DNA of 64,000 nucleotides from Planctomycetota bacterium (GTDB lineage Bacteria > Planctomycetota > SZUA-567 > H5-PLA8), in the NCBI GenBank assembly GCA_038227875.1, contig JBBRPR010000011.1, positions 96,001 to 160,000 of the forward strand, read 5' to 3'. The notes below the pieces were generated by a model. That model was given only the letters and a program-made list of their open reading frames with translations. It was not told where the DNA came from and did not search any database. Of the stretch, positions 57,563 through 64,000 are shown piece after piece. Numbering within the stretch: the first letter of the stretch is position 1; each line of letters begins with the position of its first letter. The translations under genes and the position numbers were made by a program.

Positions 57563-58474
57563 TCAAACGTTCTGCGCCATCTTGCGAAACGTTCCGGGCG
57601 GCGCGCCCTTGTATTTCTTGAACATGCGCGAGAAGAAATAGATGTCCGAAAAGCCCACCTGGTCGGCGATCGTCTTGATCGGCTGCTCCGTCGTGAGCAG
57701 CAGATTCGCCGCAGCCTGCATGCGAAGCCGGTGCTGATAGGTGATCGGCGTCGTACCGTAGCGAGCCTTGAAACGGCGCGAGAAATAATTGGGCGTGAAG
57801 CCGATCATCTTCGCCAGATTCTCGAGTGAATGATGCTCGGCGTAGTGCAGATGAATGTATTCCTGTACCTGCTGGAGCGGATCATCCGTCGATTCCGGCG
57901 GTCGCTCGCGGAAAACGTGGGCGTAGAGCAGCAACAGCAGGCGCGCGAGACTCTCGTTGAGGAACAATTCCACGTCCGGCTGCTGCGAGAATCCCAGCCG
58001 GACCATGCGCTCTATTTCGCTCATGACCAGGCCGTGGACTTCGGCGCTGAGCGTGGCACGCAGGATCGGCTGACAGCGCTTGCCCGTCCACGCCGAGAGC
58101 ATGGCCTGAAACGGAATCGTGAGCAACCGTTGGGCTCGGTCGCGGAATTCGAACGTCGCTTCGCAGTACTCCGCCGACTCGCCCGGCGCATTGCCGAAAC
58201 TGTGCCACTCGCCCGGCGAGGTCAGGAACACGTGTCCGGCTTCGACGGCGTAACTTTTCTTCCCGACGACAAACGTCCCCTTTCCGCTGGTCACCAGGAC
58301 CACGTGATAGAGATCGTGAACGTGCGTCTTCCGCGCTTTGGGATGAGGAACATTGACGTTGCGAAACGTGCAGTGCAGCAGCTTGGCGAAATACGGCACG
58401 CGCTGCGGAATCACGAGCACGCCGCCGGGTCCGGACTGGGCGCTGGTGGTGAACATGCGGTTGATGACGGACAC
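57563..58474 (-). CDS. AraC-family regulator
   Basis: HVHDLYH cupin; YFSRRFK...VGFSDIYFFSRMFKK. Confidence 0.92.
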   Translation of the reverse strand: MSVINRMFTTSAQSGPGGVLVIPQRVPYFAKLLHCTFRNVNVPHPKARKTHVHDLYHVVLVTSGKGTFVVGKKSYAVEAGHVFLTSPGEWHSFGNAPGESAEYCEATFEFRDRAQRLLTIPFQAMLSAWTGKRCQPILRATLSAEVHGLVMSEIERMVRLGFSQQPDVELFLNESLARLLLLLYAHVFRERPPESTDDPLQQVQEYIHLHYAEHHSLENLAKMIGFTPNYFSRRFKARYGTTPITYQHRLRMQAAANLLLTTEQPIKTIADQVGFSDIYFFSRMFKKYKGAPPGTFRKMAQNV

Positions 58475-58510
58475 GGGGGGCGGCTCCTAGCGCGGCTGGT
58501 GGGAGTCCTT

Positions 58511-58651
58511 AACGGAGTCATTGGTCATTGGGCATTCGTCATCGGTCATTTTTCAATTACGAGGAGCGTAGTGCTAAGCGAAGAACCTGTGCGCCGCTCC
58601 CCGTAGATGACAAATGAAAAATGACCAATGCCCGATGACCAATGATTCTGT
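58511..58651. repeat. Palindromic heptamer element, copy A
   Basis: AACGGA-(G[TG]CATTG-like)x6 ... (CAATGAC-like)x6-TCTGT. Confidence 0.8.
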
Positions 58652-58765
58652 ATCTGTGCTAAATCGTACAAATCAACGTACTTTCAGTCCATTGCCGTTC
58701 TGGGCTTTCGGAGGCTATATTGTCCAGCGTTGCGGGTGAAACGAATCTCTTACAGGAGAATTGCG

Positions 58766-59662
58766 ATGAAGCTGAGCCAGGCGCAGGTCGAAGAATTCCG
58801 GGACCAGGGCGTGTTGATCGTCAAAGATGTGCTCAACGATTCCGACTTCGCGCCGGTGGAAGCCGAGCTCACTGAATTCATCTCACGCCGCGCGATCGAG
58901 CTGAAGGCGGCGGGCAAGATTAAGGAGCTTCACGAGAATGCGCCGTTCGATACGCGCATCGCTCTGCTCTTCGCTCAGTGCGAAGAGATTGTGGGCGGCA
59001 TCGACATCATGCATCTGCGCGGCAAGGCGGCCTTCGCGTTCCTGTATAATCCGAAGGTGCTCGACGTGGTCGAATCGATCATCGGCTCAGAAATTACCTG
59101 CAGCCCCATTCAGCATCTGCGCCCGAAAGTGCCGAGCAACCTGGGCAAGGGCAACTACGAGCTCGTGCCGTGGCATCAGGATTCGGCCGTGACGTGGGAA
59201 GAAGCGGACTCTGCCGACATCGTCACCTGCTGGATTCCGATGGTCAACGCGACGGTGGAGACCGGCTGCATGCAGATTCTGCCCGGCATCTCCAAGCACG
59301 GCTACATCGAACACGTCGCGGAAGGCGGCACGACCATCCGCCCCGACCTGCTGCCCAAGACGCCGCCGCTGAATGCCGAATGCCCGCGCGGCGGAATCGT
59401 GCTGATGACCAAGCTCACCCCGCACCGCGGTCTGCCCAACGTCAGCAACAAGGTCCGCTGGACGATCGACCTGCGCTACCAGACCACCGGCACGCCGACG
59501 GGCCGCCCGTTCTTCCCAGATTTCCCGGTGCGCTCGAAGCTCAATCCCGAGAGCGTCAAGATGGATCACGCCGACTGGTGCCGCCGCTGGCTGGAAGGTT
59601 TCGAAGCCGGCAAGAGCCAGCACTGGCATCGGACGCAGAAAAAGGCCGCGATGGCGATGTAG
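58766..59662 (+). CDS. Phytanoyl-CoA dioxygenase (PhyH) family Fe(II)/2OG enzyme
   Basis: PWHQD, CWIP, TPHRG...N...R; AGGAG SD. Confidence 0.92.
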   Translation: MKLSQAQVEEFRDQGVLIVKDVLNDSDFAPVEAELTEFISRRAIELKAAGKIKELHENAPFDTRIALLFAQCEEIVGGIDIMHLRGKAAFAFLYNPKVLDVVESIIGSEITCSPIQHLRPKVPSNLGKGNYELVPWHQDSAVTWEEADSADIVTCWIPMVNATVETGCMQILPGISKHGYIEHVAEGGTTIRPDLLPKTPPLNAECPRGGIVLMTKLTPHRGLPNVSNKVRWTIDLRYQTTGTPTGRPFFPDFPVRSKLNPESVKMDHADWCRRWLEGFEAGKSQHWHRTQKKAAMAM

Positions 59663-59860
59663 AACGGAGTCATTGGGCATTGGGCATTGGGCATTGGGCA
59701 TCGGTCATTTTTCATTTAAAAGCGCTTCGCCATTGGCGAAGCGTTTTTATTTGGGACACTTAGCAGGAATTTCGCGCCAATTCCACTTCCGCGTAAATCA
59801 ATACTCTTCGTAAATGACCAATGAAAAATGACCAATGACCAATAACCAATGACTCTGTTC
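59662..59860. repeat. Palindromic heptamer element, copy B
   Basis: GAACGGA-(G[TG]CATTG-like)x7 ... (CAATGAC-like)x6-TCTGTTC. Confidence 0.85.
59718..59748. terminator. Terminator inside element B
   Basis: AAAA-GCGCTTCGCC-ATT-GGCGAAGCGT-TTTT. Confidence 0.8.
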
Positions 59861-59869
59861 CCGACTCTG

Positions 59870-60733
59870 TTAAATGGTGTCCAGTTTCTCCGGCACGTCA
59901 TCGAGAGTGACGGTCGGGATCGCCTTCCATGACCAATCTTTGTCGTCGGGACCGCTTTCGGTTTCGAAGCGGTGCTTCCATTTCTTTTTGAACTTCAGGC
60001 CATTCTTCACCGTCAGGTACGGATAATTCAGCGCGGCGCTGCGGCCGCTCGTCACGTTTTCGAAATGGTAGAGTTCCACGCCCGGCTCGTAGCGGCAGGT
60101 GAATCCCAATTCGCGGATGCGGTACGAGTAGTCGATGTCCTCAAACTGCACGGGCGAGAATTGTTCGTCCAGCGGCCCGACCTGGCGCGCGACGTCGGCG
60201 CGCATCATCCAGCAGGCGCTGATCAACGTCTGGCAATCGGCGGGAACCGTGTAGGTCGGATGATCGCGCGATTCGCCGCGGCCGCGAAAGATGACCTGGC
60301 CGCCTTTCGTCACAGCGCAGCCGGCGCACTGAATGTTGTGCGGCGCGAGCGGATAAACGAGCTTCGGGCTGACGGCGCCGACCTTCGGATTTTCATCGAG
60401 CACCGCGCTAAGCTTTTCCAGCCAGCCGCGCGTGCGTACCACGGCGTCGTTGTCGAGCAGCACCCAATACTTTCCGCGCATTAATTCCATGCCGCGGTTG
60501 CGACCGACAATCGCGCCTTCGTTCTTTAGCGTCAGTTGCGAGACTTCGATGCCCTCGCGTTGCGCGGTCGTTTCAAATTCCGAAAAGACCGCGGGCGTGT
60601 CGTCGGTCGAACCGTTGTTGACCAGCACCACCTGAAACGGGCGCAGGGTACTCAACGGCAACGACGCCAGACACCGCCGCGTGTACGCCGATTTGTTGAA
60701 CGCGAGAATGAGAATCGAAACATTGGCCGACAT
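59870..60733 (-). CDS. Family 2 glycosyltransferase
   Basis: VNNGSTD, LLDND, FEDIDYSYR. Confidence 0.92.
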   Translation of the reverse strand: MSANVSILILAFNKSAYTRRCLASLPLSTLRPFQVVLVNNGSTDDTPAVFSEFETTAQREGIEVSQLTLKNEGAIVGRNRGMELMRGKYWVLLDNDAVVRTRGWLEKLSAVLDENPKVGAVSPKLVYPLAPHNIQCAGCAVTKGGQVIFRGRGESRDHPTYTVPADCQTLISACWMMRADVARQVGPLDEQFSPVQFEDIDYSYRIRELGFTCRYEPGVELYHFENVTSGRSAALNYPYLTVKNGLKFKKKWKHRFETESGPDDKDWSWKAIPTVTLDDVPEKLDTI

Positions 60734-60790
60734 AAACGCGTTCTATCCCCACTCCCAGAAGCCAACAGTTAACAGCCAAGAGCCGCCACA

Positions 60791-63592
60791 CTATCGCGCG
60801 CCGCGGACCACGTAAAGGCCGAGTAGCAGCGCCAGCGCCAAACCCAGCAACCACGGAGCCAGTGGCGCAGACGATTGTGCCAGCGCTTTGCTCTCTTCCC
60901 AATCGCGCAAGTGTTGCGGCCGGTCGATCACACGCGACCCGCCGCCGGCCTTCTGCACCAATTCCTGCATCGCGGTGCGGTCGACGCCCAGTTGCGTGGT
61001 CTCGGCCGAAAACGGAATCGTCACGAAGCGCTCCGGAAATCGCGTGGTCCCTTCGGACACATTTAGGCTGTGCACGTGGCCTGCCGTCGGCGATGAGAAT
61101 GTGGCACGATAGACGCCCGGCGCGGTGGGAATCAGCGGCGCTTCAAGCGGCGCCTTCTCCGATTCCACGACGCTCAATTGCGCCCGCGGGGCCAGCCCGT
61201 TCACCGGCGCGTGCGTTCCCGGATCGATCGAACGCACTTCCACGTCGAGCGCGCCATCGGCCGCAACGCGGGTGCTCAGCGACCAACCCGGCGGCATCGG
61301 TTCGTTGCGCGCTTCGGCCCATTCCATCAGCGCGGGGAGCAGCTTTTGACCGGCCGGAGTTTTCAATAGCACGTCGCCGTCCGCGCCATCGTAGCTCAAC
61401 GCCAGCGCCGCGACGCGCGCGGTGCCTGGCCACGCGGATCCGGAGAGCACCAGCAGCGGATCGGGCCGGCGCGCGCCTTTTTGCGTGGCCTCCTGCAGCG
61501 GCGCGCTGAGCAGCAGCGTTTCGGCCGCGGGCTTGGCTTTCACGCGGTTGCGGAACGGCAGCGGGGTCCACTCCTTGCCGATGTTCGCCAGCAATGGATG
61601 GTCGAGCGCCGAGCGGACACCGAAGCGTTCGCGCCGCTTGAAGAAATCTTTTTTCTGACTGTCGAAGGCCTGCTGCAGCCGCTCGGCGAGCCGGTCGAAC
61701 TGTTCGGAGAACTTTCCGCCGCCCGCGGCGGCGATGTCGCGCATCAAGGCGTCGCCCTTCGCATTTTCGGCGGGATTGGTGCCGATACCGAACGTGAAAA
61801 TCGTTCTCCGCCGCGTCGCACCCGGTTCCAACGGCTGCGCCGGTTCCGGACACAGCGCCCGCGCGCCGGCAATGGTCTGCGCATCCGTCGTTCCCGACGT
61901 CACCTGCCCGTCGCTCAGCAGCACGACCAGCTGCTCTTCGGCATCGTCCTTGTCGAGTACTTCCTGCGCTTTCTTGATGGGAGCAAGCAGGTCGGTGCTG
62001 TTGACCCTTTTAATTCGGGTCAGCGCGTCGCGAAATTTTGCCCGCTCCGGATCAGTGTTCAATTCCACCAGGTAGTCGGCCGTATCAGAGAACGTGATCA
62101 GGCCCACGCGGTCGAGCGGTTTCAAATGTTGCGCGGCCATCGACAATTGTTTGGCGGCAAAGTCGAATTTCTCGCCCTCCCCCATCTTTTCGCTCATCGA
62201 CGACGAGATATCGATCAGGAACAGTACCGAACGCGTCCGGTCGTCTTCAGGCGTCATCGCAATGGGCAGCAGCGACTCCCATTTTCCGTCGGTCAGATGC
62301 CCGCCCGCGCCAAATGCGTTCTCGCCGCCAACGGCGATCAGCCCCTTGCCCGCATCGAGCGCATCGGAGATTGCCGCGAGTGCCGGATCGGGCAGGTCTT
62401 TCGCCGCCAGGCCATCGACAATGATGCCGGAGTAGGCAGAGTAGTCCGACCCGCGCGTCTTAAAGCGACCGGGCTCGAAGACATCCGTCTGGACGCCCAG
62501 GCCATTGGCGGCGGCCAGATGAGAGAGCGTGGAATTCTTCGCCGCGAGCACGGCCCAGCGCGAGGGACCCGTCACGCGCACGGCCGCGGAAAGCGTGTCC
62601 ATCGAATTCACATCGCCGGCCGGCGTCGCCTGCTCCGAGCCGATCCGTGCGGCGTACATCGATACGCCAATAATGTCCGGTACATCGATGAAGCGGATCG
62701 TCTTCTGCAGTTCACCGCCTGATGGTCCTGACTCGCGCGTCAGTTCGACTTTTTCCGAATGGTAATGCTTCACCTTTTGACCCAAACCGCGCGACCACAG
62801 CTCCACGCGCACCGGTCCGGGGGTGAGTGCCGAGACGGTGACTTCCACCGGAATCGCGCGGCCGATCTGCGCGGTGTCGGGTACGTGAATTGAACGGATG
62901 TGCGCGTCAGCCGGCGTGCCCACGATCACCGGCGTGCAGAGCAGGTCGATGCCCGATCCGGATAACGCCGCGGCGGCCGCCGCCGCGTGGCCTTGCGTGT
63001 CGCGGAAATCACTGAACAGCAGAATCGCGCGGCTTTTGTCGGGATCGGGAAACAGATTGCGCGAGACGCCGATCGCGTTGCCAATGTCCGTGGACTCGGT
63101 GTCGATCACCGATGTGCGCTTTTCCTTTTCCAGAGACGGCAGCGGCGGCAGCACGTCCCGCTTGGCTCCCGGTGAGCCGGGCCGGCTGCGCGCAGAGCTT
63201 CGTGTGGACGCGTCGGTCACTTCCGGCAGCGGCAGCAGCGGGCGTTCGGTCGCCGCCGTTCCGCCAAAGACGACCACGCCGACATCGGTGTGCTTGCGAT
63301 CGAGGACGCCGAGGAGTTCGGCGATGCGGTTGTTCTGCGTCGGCAGGTAGAAGACGCTGACACTGTTGCTCACATCCGCCGCAACGATGAGCTGCACATG
63401 GCGGGAAAGGGCCGCCAGTTGCGGACCCATCGCGGCCAGAATCAGCAACAGACAGGCGGATGCGTGGACGGCCAGGGGTTTCCAACTGCGGCGGCGAACT
63501 ACCGATTGGGCGACAAATTGCCGATACCTGACGAAGAACACCCCATATAGAAGGGCGATCAGGATGAATGTGGGGTTGGCAAAATGCATCAT
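60791..63592 (-). CDS. Membrane-anchored double-VWA protein with GATase-like domain
   Basis: MIDAS motifs DVSNS and DISSS, LFSD/LLSDG, GGENAFGAGG, terminal TM helices. Confidence 0.85.
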   Translation of the reverse strand: MMHFANPTFILIALLYGVFFVRYRQFVAQSVVRRRSWKPLAVHASACLLLILAAMGPQLAALSRHVQLIVAADVSNSVSVFYLPTQNNRIAELLGVLDRKHTDVGVVVFGGTAATERPLLPLPEVTDASTRSSARSRPGSPGAKRDVLPPLPSLEKEKRTSVIDTESTDIGNAIGVSRNLFPDPDKSRAILLFSDFRDTQGHAAAAAAALSGSGIDLLCTPVIVGTPADAHIRSIHVPDTAQIGRAIPVEVTVSALTPGPVRVELWSRGLGQKVKHYHSEKVELTRESGPSGGELQKTIRFIDVPDIIGVSMYAARIGSEQATPAGDVNSMDTLSAAVRVTGPSRWAVLAAKNSTLSHLAAANGLGVQTDVFEPGRFKTRGSDYSAYSGIIVDGLAAKDLPDPALAAISDALDAGKGLIAVGGENAFGAGGHLTDGKWESLLPIAMTPEDDRTRSVLFLIDISSSMSEKMGEGEKFDFAAKQLSMAAQHLKPLDRVGLITFSDTADYLVELNTDPERAKFRDALTRIKRVNSTDLLAPIKKAQEVLDKDDAEEQLVVLLSDGQVTSGTTDAQTIAGARALCPEPAQPLEPGATRRRTIFTFGIGTNPAENAKGDALMRDIAAAGGGKFSEQFDRLAERLQQAFDSQKKDFFKRRERFGVRSALDHPLLANIGKEWTPLPFRNRVKAKPAAETLLLSAPLQEATQKGARRPDPLLVLSGSAWPGTARVAALALSYDGADGDVLLKTPAGQKLLPALMEWAEARNEPMPPGWSLSTRVAADGALDVEVRSIDPGTHAPVNGLAPRAQLSVVESEKAPLEAPLIPTAPGVYRATFSSPTAGHVHSLNVSEGTTRFPERFVTIPFSAETTQLGVDRTAMQELVQKAGGGSRVIDRPQHLRDWEESKALAQSSAPLAPWLLGLALALLLGLYVVRGAR

Positions 63593-63836
63593 TTCACATC
63601 ATTCTGAGTACACGAAATGTTCATGCAACCAGAGAAGCCCCAATGAGTTAATTTCACGAGCGGCAGTGCGCAAAATCTGCTCCGAAAGCAAGATTTACCT
63701 CAGAAAGCGTGTCCTTCATACGTCAGAAAAGGGAAGACGGTTGAAACATGTGCCCAAATCCTTAAGTTGGTGTCCCGCCGCTCCAACAGTAAATCGGGAA
63801 GTTGGATTGTAAGTCATTTGGCAACTGGGAGTACCG

Positions 63837-64000
63837 ATGAAGAATCCGAATCAAAACGACAAATCCAGCGGCGGTATGCGCCCCGAGTGGAAGGCCAAGC
63901 AAGTGCGCAACAGTGTCATGGGCGCGCTGAAAATGTTCGTCGGGGTGGTCATCCTCGGTGTCATCGTTGGGATGGGTATCGTGTATCGCGAAAAGTGGAT
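63837..64000 (+). CDS. 3'-truncated membrane-anchored protein
   Basis: GGGAG SD; MKNPNQ...MFVGVVILGVIVGMGIVYREKW, open to the window end. Confidence 0.65.
   Translation, partial: MKNPNQNDKSSGGMRPEWKAKQVRNSVMGALKMFVGVVILGVIVGMGIVYREKW

Noticed and set aside
58511..59860. Repeats as a CRISPR array
   Set aside because: Units are 7 nt with no unique spacers, and no cas genes are present

Overview
A GC-rich bacterial chromosomal segment, probably Planctomycetota (inferred from the ffs-dnaX-ybaB-recR-rpoN order, a TPR protein with two RNA-polymerase alpha-CTDs, PQQ-type propellers and an HTH-plus-transmembrane protein). It holds about 50 CDS. Housekeeping genes: accD, dgt, trxA, ribD, ftsK, dnaX, ybaB, recR, rpoN, moeA. 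Other genes: a TetR/EmrAB efflux unit, a GldA/F/G-DUF4340 ABC operon, peptidases, oxidoreductases, two AraC regulators and several secreted hypotheticals. An SRP RNA lies upstream of dnaX. I found no tRNA, rRNA, CRISPR array, transposase or integrase. Main leads: (1) an orphan sigma factor bracketed by two micro-ORFs with hairpin-embedded AAAGGAGG ribosome-binding sites, with its own SD locked in a stem (attenuation-like); (2) a complete -1 frameshift cassette in dnaX built on a non-canonical C_CCA_AAT slippery site; (3) a 170-nt rod-shaped, 6S-like RNA between ftsK and ffs; (4) a Clp-N-domain/cytochrome P450 fusion with a GC step at the junction; (5) heptamer-built palindromic elements with conserved ends flanking a dioxygenase gene; (6) several apparent pseudo-enzymes. 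All family calls come from reading motifs by eye, not from database searches.
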